The notes beneath the pieces were generated by a model. That model was not told where the DNA came from and made no database searches. It saw only the letters and a program-made list of their open reading frames with translations. Shown here piece after piece: positions 56,101 to 64,000 of a stretch of 64,000 nt of DNA (its first letter is position 1; each line of letters starts with the position of its first letter). This DNA is from Perkinsela sp. CCAP 1560/9 (lineage: Eukaryota > Protista > Euglenozoa: Kinetoplastea). The position numbers and the translations under genes were made by a program. Location of the stretch: positions 124,001 through 188,000 of the forward strand of contig CBFFSA010000002.1 of the NCBI GenBank assembly GCA_965644495.1, in the 5' to 3' direction.

Positions 56101-57063
56101 AATATCTGTTCTTTGCATTCCATCTGGCGCAAAATACGCTTTTTCCAAAAAGGAAAGACCACATAGAAGTAATTCAGAGGTGACCGAACTGATCAAATGG
56201 CAGAAGAGCCTTGTTGCCCACACACGCGCAAGTGGGCTTCCAGCGTAGACCTGTTCAAGCACGGCAAATACAAGCTTTCCATCCTCCTTCTTCACCGTTT
56301 TTTCCTTTCCATTCATCAACAAGCAAACCACGAACATAGAATTAAAGAAGACAAGAGATGGCTTCAAACCCTCGTAATCGGACCCAAGCTGACCAGTAGC
56401 AATCGGTTTTAAGAAATTTCGCAAAGTGTCCGAAATAACCTCTTGAATTCGTGAACTTTTGCTTCTTAGAATCGCGTTAAGCACGATCGTGCTTATCAAA
56501 ACGCGATGAAAGGATGCTGTAAGCATACCATTAAGTAGGCGGTGAACAACGTATTGAGACAGTGATGTCAAGTTTCGAGATGACTTTTCTATGCTAATAG
56601 AATCGACTAGAGTAGAAATGTGAGAATCTAGGTTGACAACGGCACTCTTCCCTTTCAACAAATCAAAGACAGCGTTAACATTTTTGCGTTCTTCAAGCTT
56701 TTCTAAAAGTTTTTCATGAGTTTTTGTTTTTTCGGAAGCAATTTTGCGTTCAGAAAATGAGCTCGCGGTTTCAGTCTCTGGATTTGTACCTTCCTCAATA
56801 CTAGCCAGAAAAAGCAAATATCTATAATAATTTTCGATATTGCACGGCGAAAAAGGAGCCCCTCGTGAATTAGAGAACAAACGAAAAAATACATCTTTAT
56901 CAGATGTGCGCCGAACAGCTCGTTCTAAATCACTCGAAGGACACAATGATAACAAGAATTCTAATTCGAATGAACTTTTAAAGCTAGACTTGCGAGAAAA
57001 CCCCTTCACAAATTGCCTCGCTGCTGCGGTTATATCCCGTGCTATTGAATCGCTCTCTAACAT
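53170..57063 (-). CDS. Large hypothetical helical protein with Lys/Arg-rich C-terminal tail (possibly nucleolar)
   Basis: 1297-aa uninterrupted ORF; KRNHRREIIEKKRLKRK..KKRKRVQKIKRR tail. Confidence 0.7.
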   Translation of the reverse strand: MLESDSIARDITAAARQFVKGFSRKSSFKSSFELEFLLSLCPSSDLERAVRRTSDKDVFFRLFSNSRGAPFSPCNIENYYRYLLFLASIEEGTNPETETASSFSERKIASEKTKTHEKLLEKLEERKNVNAVFDLLKGKSAVVNLDSHISTLVDSISIEKSSRNLTSLSQYVVHRLLNGMLTASFHRVLISTIVLNAILRSKSSRIQEVISDTLRNFLKPIATGQLGSDYEGLKPSLVFFNSMFVVCLLMNGKEKTVKKEDGKLVFAVLEQVYAGSPLARVWATRLFCHLISSVTSELLLCGLSFLEKAYFAPDGMQRTDINNIGADAICIYLSVRSRLKKDEHIMKEIPQDLMPKSLDVFHPKKVQLFARNLLQQNQLWKAYPDLHPVFHCVIVSLMDEKEVLNIIEPFIRVFFSNFPDESLPQRAARQTFSNRLCQEVSKRINGYQGNRVLSEIMKGAKLSRLPTLRPAQDIDGYGGDGSLREIVSRLLEQYVDASNPIYLNKEDCSESPSIDMDIDSDDSSTQENEFLSHMSLRQPVCNTFAEEIRAFVVRQVVRSISLRVPHNRKADLDSAISVATTFFLMNIILQTNQSGVDVDNVLIAPSITSEQRASLLNHLSRILSYQSSTDVDSKFKSTTDHRQMYCASLDLSLPDLLDSFFRWSGNVSNKAEVAYPNSTIMRHPKIRSSLLNLYSSGSCQGLAQLLIVTFLVNDESILQCTDIAQAACTIIETFPKNSSNESVDLLTFSAFSVLYESGHKIMWNDSLRNCLDKALESYFSTFLCPKLNDSSVLHMLSPSSSHYSEDTADTLKGSNVQVDACTVSLNESTSLTQENVEVSVNDGKSALVPETSTDITLLNIRRTKLCGILFKFPVKEVGYIVAMRWLRFIEVTVRNQSLKETMASELRHFLSTFSAVKPNVQCSTDATGKNCSFFVQSLSTEAARILQSRANSILRNPWIKEGALSLISTLHRADLCAHAKRILGEFFTQLLFSDRMGAALRHVLNVMRNNSLNTALDVFPRVRDHLEDLMKQRSNCTTAPVIQLQKGALCKRDLQCSTRILDFFNEIYRNLLSMEENLRRQSESHIVSILSLLMPPLSTISSQRKLTEQAFSSNESKDLLVPLLQSLLPTLCAALRRCLLEFRSFYVSLTEEYLQWLENMAFPISPKLYSNISSLTVLADILLDKYELNTASHSAEASHRVKHDKKGTRKASNKDTPNTLSMGNTEKRDEKQGQNKHVPRKEKHKLQKSPEELQQKRNHRREIIEKKRLKRKAYEAKRQQSSSKTKKRKRVQKIKRR

Positions 57064-57696
57064 ACTTGTAGATCAATAATGCTAAAAAAAAGTCTTTAGA
57101 TTAGTTCAAAATACAGGATTGAGTACTACAGGATTGAGGAAAACAGTAAGCAGCATAAAAATTGATACACGCTCGCCGCGTTTCTGTGTACGTATCGTAG
57201 GTGATTTTCATAATACTTTAACCCGTAGTTATATCAGCACAGAAAATCGCAAAAATAATAAATCTACACCATGTGTTTTGAAAAGAATCAGCGTGGTGCA
57301 TAGTGTATTGAAGTCATTAGAAACTCATGTTTCTTGCCTTCCATAAAAATCATCATGCAGAGCAATCGGAGAAAGAAAGAGAAAATTGCTTCTAATACAC
57401 GTCTACTGTAGATATTTATTGGTGATTTTAGCCCGCTAAAAGTACTCTACCCCCGATTAGGAAAAAAGCAATGAAAGAAAGCAGTGAAACAGTGTATCAT
57501 GGCACTACTGCAAAAAGAAAAGAAATGCTACGGCGTCTTTTGGTCTTACTTGATTTGTTCAGCGAGAGATTTCGAACGTGCCATTCTTTTTCAAATTTGC
57601 ACAATTTTTACGAATTTTAGACCCCCCCCCAGATGAAGACTTTCACTCCCGTATGATGCCCCGGATACTTTACATGTGTCATACACGCAAGCACCT

Positions 57697-59120
57697 GGCG
57701 GATTGTCAACACCAACGCACCACTTTTTTTCCCAAAAAATAATTTTCTTATCATTTCCAGTGCACCACTTTTTCTTAAAAACTGTATTCTCATTTCCAAT
57801 GCACCATCAATTATTTAAAGAAGTATTATTTTATAATATCCTTCGGATCTACACTACAAATGCGCCATTATTCAAGACTCAGTCATTACGATCGTAATCG
57901 TGTTCAATCACTCTTTACATCTGGCGAGAGTCGGCGAAGCATAGCTCGCATAATTGGCAAAAGTCACAGCACTGTTTGTCGCGAGTTGGCTCGTAATGCA
58001 AGAAGGGGTCAGCGCTATGAGGGGACGAGGGCACAGCGCATTTCGAAAAGACGTCTCTCGTGTAAAAAGGTCAAGCCTCACCAGATTCAAGGCCTTTTGG
58101 AAGAGGAAGTCAGCTCTCGACTTCAAAAGAAGCACAGCCCGGAACAGATTGCAAATACGATCCGTAGCTGTCGTACCGCCTCGACTTCTACCATATATCG
58201 CCATATTCGTCGCAACGCGTCCTTAGGCGGCAAGTTGTACACCCATTTGCGGATCCGGCGAAAGAGACCATACCGTCGTCGCACCAGACCTGATCGCAGC
58301 GCGATTCCCAACCGAACGCCACTTGAAAATCGACCAGAAATTGTTAATAAGCGTCGGCGCTACGGAGATTGGGAAGCAGACTTGGTCGAGGGTCGAGGAC
58401 ATACTGGATATATTCTTACCCTGTGCGAGCGTAAGAGTCGCTTCCTTGTTCTTCGCAAGTTGGAATCTAAGCACGCGAAGGGGGTAAGCAAACAAATTGT
58501 AGACGGGTTAAAAAATTACAAGGTTCAAACAATCACATATGACAACGGAACAGAATTCTGGCACCATGAAGAAGTAAACAAAAAATTAAAATGCAAGTCT
58601 TTCTTTTGCGCTCCGTATCATTCGTGGGAGAAAGGGTCTGTGGAACATGTAAACGGTTTGATCCGACAATTCCATCAGAAAACCGAATCTTTTGAGAATT
58701 TGAACCAAAGTGAATTAAACAAAACAGCATTGGAATTGAACACTCGTCCTCGGAAATTATTAAATGATCGTTCTCCAATGGATTTTGTGAATGAACTGCG
58801 TAAGTAAAAGGAGCTAAGTAAGCAAAGGTACGTGAGAAAGCTTGTAAAGTTAGTCTGTTAGTGTTGGAAATTTAATGACAATAAATTTAAGAATTTTGCA
58901 AAGGTGAAGAAATTCTTGTCTAATAAAGTTTCTTACTCAGATCTTACACTTGTACTACGCTTTCTTTAAATACTCTGGATAAGTTTTTATGTTGAAAGGA
59001 AAAAAGAACGATGTTCAACTATGGTGAGGCGCAGAAGAAAGGAATGACGGTCGACTATGGTGAAAAAAGTGGTGCGCTGGAATTGACAATGAGGTGGTGC
59101 ACTGGAGTTGAACATCCGGG
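57697..59120 (+). mobile_element. IS30-family insertion sequence, 1424 bp, apparently complete
   Basis: 27-bp imperfect IRs (20/27): GGCGGATTGTCAACACCAACGCACCAC / GTGGTGCACTGGAGTTGAACATCCGGG; CCT direct repeat at 57694-57696 and 59121-59123. Confidence 0.88.
57860..58807 (+). CDS. IS30-family transposase (intact DD33E)
   Basis: HTH SIARIIGKSHSTVCRELARN, SPEQIA, STIYR, GDWEAD, TITYDNGTEF, PYHSWEKGSVEHVNGLIRQF, LNTRPRKLL. Confidence 0.95.
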   Translation: MRHYSRLSHYDRNRVQSLFTSGESRRSIARIIGKSHSTVCRELARNARRGQRYEGTRAQRISKRRLSCKKVKPHQIQGLLEEEVSSRLQKKHSPEQIANTIRSCRTASTSTIYRHIRRNASLGGKLYTHLRIRRKRPYRRRTRPDRSAIPNRTPLENRPEIVNKRRRYGDWEADLVEGRGHTGYILTLCERKSRFLVLRKLESKHAKGVSKQIVDGLKNYKVQTITYDNGTEFWHHEEVNKKLKCKSFFCAPYHSWEKGSVEHVNGLIRQFHQKTESFENLNQSELNKTALELNTRPRKLLNDRSPMDFVNELRK

Positions 59121-59647
59121 CCTTGAGCTAGACGCTGGTTGAAAGCGCGTGGGATGTGTACCCCCGCTAATTAATTTTTCCTAAATAAAAATTTATGAAA
59201 CTTCCCCGAAGTTTTGTCATTCCCAGAAATGACAAATAAGTAGGGGGGGTGGGGGGTGACAATTATGTAGGGGGGTGTAGTACTTACTTCTACATATGTA
59301 CTGTATACATTCTTGGGTATGCTTTTTTAGTTCAGGATAAAGTGAAGTAAACAAATTTCAATGCACTACCGTATTTTACCCCATTACAGACTACAAAGAG
59401 CACCGCGAGAGCTTTTAATTTGATTCTTTCATCGTTCGATGAAACTAGAGCTACCAATTTCATGCAAAGATCTGTGCAAGAGCTTGTGAAAGCGATATCA
59501 AGACCCCAAAACACATATTGAAATCACAAAAATTACATACACATCGATTATTACCAATTTCAGATTACCCTGCTGTATACCCTGCTTTCTTTTATTTCTT
59601 GTATCAAAATTGTTCACTATGCATATAGAGCGTATAGAGCGTTTCGC

Positions 59648-60466
59648 TCAGTGTATGTGAACGAATCTTGGTAAGTCGCCAGAATAAATGTCTGTTAACT
59701 TATTATCTCGCAAATCCAAGTCCGTCATCGTACCGGACTTCAAACCTTCGAGTCCTACAACTTTCGTAAATTGATTTCCAGAAAGACTAAGGGAACGTAG
59801 TGAAGAAGTCAAAGAACGGATATCAATTTCCCCACTAAAGCGATTTTTTGAGAGACGCAACGCATTAAGCTTTGCAGGAAGAGCACTCAGACATATTTCG
59901 CCTTCCAGCTCGTTTTGAAAAAGATAAACGGTGCGAAGCTCATCCGGAAGTCGGGTAAGATCTATCGGTCCCGAAAAATAGTTGACCTGGGCATGGAACG
60001 CAGTCATAACAACAGGAAGCGCACAAAGATTCAGTGACCCGGAAAAGCGATTTGTGTGGACTTGCAAAGTTTCAAGCCTCTGTGGCAACGCTTCGAGTTG
60101 TACTCCCCCCTCGAGATTATTCTTCGCGACGTTCAACGTGTGTACGGTAGCGGGAATGAACGACCACTCCAGTGTGCCACGAAGTGTCCCCGGAGAACCC
60201 AACAAGTGCATCTGTGGCCACGTAATGGTCACAACCGTACCATTCTCATCGCAGTGAACTCCCTTCCAGCTAAACGCGGGGGTGTCGACTCCCCATGTAG
60301 GGTGATGATTGGTTACGTTTTCCACGAGTCGTGAAAGTTCGTACTCCGGTGAGAGGGAAATCCCACGCCGTACTTTGGCTGGTCGAGAGCGTGGTTGGTC
60401 GTCCGCAGCTGGAATAAAAACCAAGGAGGAGTGTTTGGTAGACATCTTCGAAACGGTATGAGTCAT
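59648..60466 (-). CDS. Short LRR protein, family member 6
   Basis: RPAKVRRGISLSPEY motif, WKGVHC cap, LRRs. Confidence 0.88.
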   Translation of the reverse strand: MTHTVSKMSTKHSSLVFIPAADDQPRSRPAKVRRGISLSPEYELSRLVENVTNHHPTWGVDTPAFSWKGVHCDENGTVVTITWPQMHLLGSPGTLRGTLEWSFIPATVHTLNVAKNNLEGGVQLEALPQRLETLQVHTNRFSGSLNLCALPVVMTAFHAQVNYFSGPIDLTRLPDELRTVYLFQNELEGEICLSALPAKLNALRLSKNRFSGEIDIRSLTSSLRSLSLSGNQFTKVVGLEGLKSGTMTDLDLRDNKLTDIYSGDLPRFVHIH

Positions 60467-60758
60467 GCGTGACGTATTCTTTGACGTGGCAAAAATAATA
60501 TTTACTAAATACTATTTCTTTCCAGGGGCCCGAAGAACGGTATAAATTTCTTAGAAAGTTCAAGGAACATACTCTTTTTGTACTTTTATTTTTGACACCT
60601 ATTTTTGACATGGATTTTGGCGCGATTATACAAGTTTGCTTAAATAGCTCTAATACCGACTACGTTCTAATGTTGAGTAGTTCATATTCAAATCCGGAAA
60701 GTCAGACTTCAAAATTAGGAGAAATGATTTAGTCAGTACCTCAAGAGTAAGACAAATT

Positions 60759-61313
60759 TTATTTTAAAGACTGTACTTGTGCGTTTGACTCCTTCGATGG
60801 AATGTACGGTGTAACAGGAAGAAGAGTAATATCGACTTCAGTATAATGTGACGCCATTCTTTCCAAAAAGTGAGGATTTAGCGGTCCTTTCGATTCGTCG
60901 TACCAAGAGCTTGGGCGGGGCTGCCTCAGACCCGCACGAGCTTTTTGTAAAGCCTCTTGAGATTGTTTCTCAAGCTCTAGGCGTCGCAGTACAGTCATAT
61001 CGTGGACGCGCTTGATGCCCGTGGTGGTCGGTAGTGTGTATTTGTGTATCGGAATACCTCGACGCTGTAACTCGTGCTCAAAAGGACCAGTTCCATAAGT
61101 TGGATGAAGACCCTGATTGTGGAAAGCGCTGGAAGTTTGCCTCATACGGTACAACCAGTACCTTGCTCGGATCAGTTCCAGGCCAGCTACTTTTCGTTTC
61201 CATTCTTGGGGATGGTAGTACAGTTTTGCCGTGTAGTAATTTTCGTTGTCCTCTAAGTAGTAGCCCGCGTGACGGGCGGTAAAACTTTGTCGAAGTGGAG
61301 CTGCACGCTTCAT
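60759..61313 (-). CDS. Hypothetical basic protein, possibly mitochondrial
   Basis: 184-aa ORF with Arg-rich, acid-free N-terminus MKRAAPLRQSFTARH. Confidence 0.6.
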   Translation of the reverse strand: MKRAAPLRQSFTARHAGYYLEDNENYYTAKLYYHPQEWKRKVAGLELIRARYWLYRMRQTSSAFHNQGLHPTYGTGPFEHELQRRGIPIHKYTLPTTTGIKRVHDMTVLRRLELEKQSQEALQKARAGLRQPRPSSWYDESKGPLNPHFLERMASHYTEVDITLLPVTPYIPSKESNAQVQSLK

Positions 61314-61518
61314 AAAGGCGACAAAAATCTAAAATTAAATAAAAATAGGACGATACACGAAGCGTTGAATTATCCTCATGTATTCTGTATTCTATCCAAC
61401 GTAAATTCTCTTTTTTGAATGACTACTACAATTATAGGATAACTAACCCAAGCACCGACGCAATATCCTTCAGAGAAGGCTGAATGGTGTAACTCGGCTT
61501 ATGTTTACTCTGTGTGAG

Positions 61519-62604
61519 CTAGTTGACTTCTATACCGGTGCGAGGAACTACTCTCCTTTCCCACGTGACACGATGAACTACACGCAATTCAGGATCTCGA
61601 GTTACAAATACTGGTAACGAGGGTGTGAGCGACGCATCGCGACCATAAAAGTCATGAAGGGAAAATTCGCTGAAGAGCTCGTTTTTCTGCTTCCATCGAG
61701 TTCGGGGAAGCCGTGGAAAAACTCGACGCACACGCCTTTGCAAAGAAGATGCTGTGAATGTCGAATTTGAAGACTGAAACCGTTTCATACAATGTGTATT
61801 TTGTCGACCAAGATTGTATTTCCTCATTTCTACGTATTTTGATACAATCTTCAAATACCGAAGGCATGGCTGACACGGAACGTAGATCGCCATTGTTTCA
61901 AGAACTACATCTGCGTGTTTCATTCCCCACTTCTTCTGATTCCATAGGAACAGTTTGTTGGAAACTGAAGAATTACCAATGAATGACGAATAAAGATCCC
62001 CTAGAAATGAAGAAAACCCGGATTGACATGTACAAGAATAGTCTTGTTGAGGAATACGATTATTCAAGACCACAATATACATCGCCCGAATATGCGAGTA
62101 GGGTATTCCCGCTGCGGCAAGAGATCCTAAAGCATTCTGTTCAGCACAGCCTTTTAGTATACCGCGAAGAATGGAATTTGTGATAAAGTTCTCGGAAGCA
62201 TAATTTGTTGACTCTCGCATTGAAAATTTTGAGAATTTGCGTTCTGTTTTGGAATAGTGCTCATTGATAGCTTTGTGCAATGAATGATTAATGCCAAAGA
62301 GAAAATTTCTTGCGGAAACATCCGAGTGCAGGTGCGGAGTTTTTAACGACTTCGAATCGACCGAGAACTGAAATTCTGAATTCGACGATTTGCACTCACT
62401 GTACTCCAATCCACATAGTACATATTGTGGGTGCCTTTTAGCTCCAGAAGATTTATTTTCATGCCTTAAGTTCATGTTAGTATGAGTTTTCCGGCTTTGT
62501 ACATGACAATCGTGGGATAAAGGAAAACGTAGTTCAGAAAGCGACAGATTCTTTATTTTAGCTTCGATATGACGCCATACGTTTGTGGTCGGGAACTGCA
62601 TCAC
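61519..62604 (-). CDS. Cytidine deaminase-like zinc-dependent deaminase
   Basis: CAEQNAL ... PCQPC zinc/catalytic motifs. Confidence 0.6.
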   Translation of the reverse strand: MMQFPTTNVWRHIEAKIKNLSLSELRFPLSHDCHVQSRKTHTNMNLRHENKSSGAKRHPQYVLCGLEYSECKSSNSEFQFSVDSKSLKTPHLHSDVSARNFLFGINHSLHKAINEHYSKTERKFSKFSMRESTNYASENFITNSILRGILKGCAEQNALGSLAAAGIPYSHIRAMYIVVLNNRIPQQDYSCTCQSGFSSFLGDLYSSFIGNSSVSNKLFLWNQKKWGMKHADVVLETMAIYVPCQPCLRYLKIVSKYVEMRKYNLGRQNTHCMKRFQSSNSTFTASSLQRRVRRVFPRLPRTRWKQKNELFSEFSLHDFYGRDASLTPSLPVFVTRDPELRVVHRVTWERRVVPRTGIEVN

Positions 62605-63025
62605 ATTGTTGGATTGGACTTCTTCACAGTTTCAAAAGCACAGTACGCGAATATAGTTCATTTCATAGGTTTCGGAAACCCCACTTTTTCAAAAGTAAAG
62701 CTAACTTCGAAAATTAATTTATAAGGTGACCCGACGACGTTTCACAGCAGTTTTCATTCAATGAGTGCGCCAAAAAACATGCTAGTGTTCTACTTTGAAA
62801 AAGTAAAAAATAATCATACATATTGCGTAAAACAAATTCATACAATATAATTAGCGGACACCCGCCTTCCTCCACTCTTTTACCGCGGAGGATAGTATTG
62901 CGTACGTATGCAAAAATTCAATCGAGGTCAATCGAAGTTGTATTGTACAATCTAATAGTCGTAAAAAAGGACATCAAGCGTATTGAAACGGAAACATCAA
63001 TTACTATGTGAAATAGCGCATCGCA

Positions 63026-64000
63026 CTAAACCTCATCATCTGGAATGTCTTCATCTTCCACCATTTTACCTGTGTGTTCATTGTACCATGGTACGGGCGT
63101 CTTCGTGTCCACATATTCTTCTGTCGCCTCCGTATCACGTTTCTTTTTTCTCCTCTTTCTTCTTTCTGGGGCAAGAAATGCTTGTCCTGTTTCCATGGCA
63201 ATATCTTCCTTGCGAGGTTGTGGTAATGGTGGAAAAGTTGTGCGCTCTTCAAATTTCCTCTTTTCTCGCTTGCGCCTTACTTTTGCGCCAGGACCTTCCG
63301 CGTCCGGCTTATCGGTATTGTCGTCTACACTCTTCGGATGTTTTGTTTTCTTTTGATGGGCTTTCCGGTACGTAGGGAGAAACCTTGACCAGTCCTCGTG
63401 AGCTAAATCCTCCCTAGAAGATAATTCTTTCAAGATCATCAGGCGTTTGAGACCATACACAGGATGGATGTTCCGCATCGTATCCAAAACAATGCGACGA
63501 ACTTGCTTAATCCCTTTTTCAGGACCCATCACAGACACAGTTTTTCCTTGAACAAAAACATAACACTCTGTCAAGATTTCTAAGGTGCGAAGCGTTTGAC
63601 CATTGGGTCCCACGAGCCTGTCTCGACGCTTCACAAATCTTTGTGTGTTGTGTACAAGATTGCCAATCTTTATTATATCATAGGACATTTCGTCGCGAAA
63701 TATATTCTGGGCCTGCGAGAGGGGTACGCTACGAGCAAGTAAACGAATGAAATCTCTGGCCTGTAATATTGCAAGAGGGTCGAAAGTTTTACGTGTGGTT
63801 TTTACTGTCATGGAGCCCTCTATAAGATTTAGTTCGCCCCTAATTTCGCAAGCACGAAGGACATTCTGAGCTTCATTCCACAGAGAACGGAGATGTGACT
63901 CTAAGTAGGAAGGGAACAACGTAGTAAATGATGACTCCTCAATACAGCAACCTTGACCCTTGGGAAGGTCTTCTCTTGTAAGCTTCATCAAAATGGACGA
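63026..64000 (-). CDS. KRR1: KRR1 small-subunit processome KH protein; frame open to the window edge, may be 5'-partial
   Basis: EESSFTTLFPSYLE, EGSMTVKTT, ARDFIRLLARSVP, RFVKRRDRLVGPNG, NIHPVY, EDWSRFLP. Confidence 0.92.
   Translation of the reverse strand, partial: SSILMKLTREDLPKGQGCCIEESSFTTLFPSYLESHLRSLWNEAQNVLRACEIRGELNLIEGSMTVKTTRKTFDPLAILQARDFIRLLARSVPLSQAQNIFRDEMSYDIIKIGNLVHNTQRFVKRRDRLVGPNGQTLRTLEILTECYVFVQGKTVSVMGPEKGIKQVRRIVLDTMRNIHPVYGLKRLMILKELSSREDLAHEDWSRFLPTYRKAHQKKTKHPKSVDDNTDKPDAEGPGAKVRRKREKRKFEERTTFPPLPQPRKEDIAMETGQAFLAPERRKRRKKKRDTEATEEYVDTKTPVPWYNEHTGKMVEDEDIPDDEV

Noticed and set aside
1-64000. Prokaryotic origin of the window, suggested by IS30 and intronless genes
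   Set aside because: Flanking genes are eukaryote-type (KRR1, GPN3, RPC11, DDX11, PPIL4, HSP78 with presequence) with long AT-rich spacers.

Overview
Eukaryotic nuclear DNA with kinetoplastid-type organisation. About 25 intronless host genes all lie on the minus strand as one directional cluster. HSP78 carries an MLRR-type mitochondrial presequence, and one kinetoplastid spliced-leader (SL)-like motif is present. A Perkinsela-like or other non-trypanosomatid kinetoplastid is a plausible inference, not proven. Host genes include NEMF/Rqc2, a PPIL4-like cyclophilin-RRM, GPN3, RPC11, HSP78, a WD40 protein, APE1, DDX11/CHL1, a MATH/coiled-coil protein, CobW/ZNG1, a CDA-like deaminase, KRR1 and six dispersed short LRR genes that share an N-terminal motif. 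The intergenic DNA is dense with mobile elements: many TA-flanked MITEs, a pogo-like transposase split by nested insertions, two IS5/Harbinger-type transposases and a deleted RT-RNase H relic inside 118-bp inverted repeats. Three signals stand out. (1) An intact bacterial-type IS30 element (57697-59120) with IRs, a CCT target duplication, extra subterminal repeats and UTR-like flanks. (2) A 590-bp structured insertion in an LRR gene that starts with an SL-like sequence. (3) Four intragenic GC-rich islands with a symmetric C-rich to G-rich skew flip that overrides protein sequence. All calls come from manual reading; no database searches were run.
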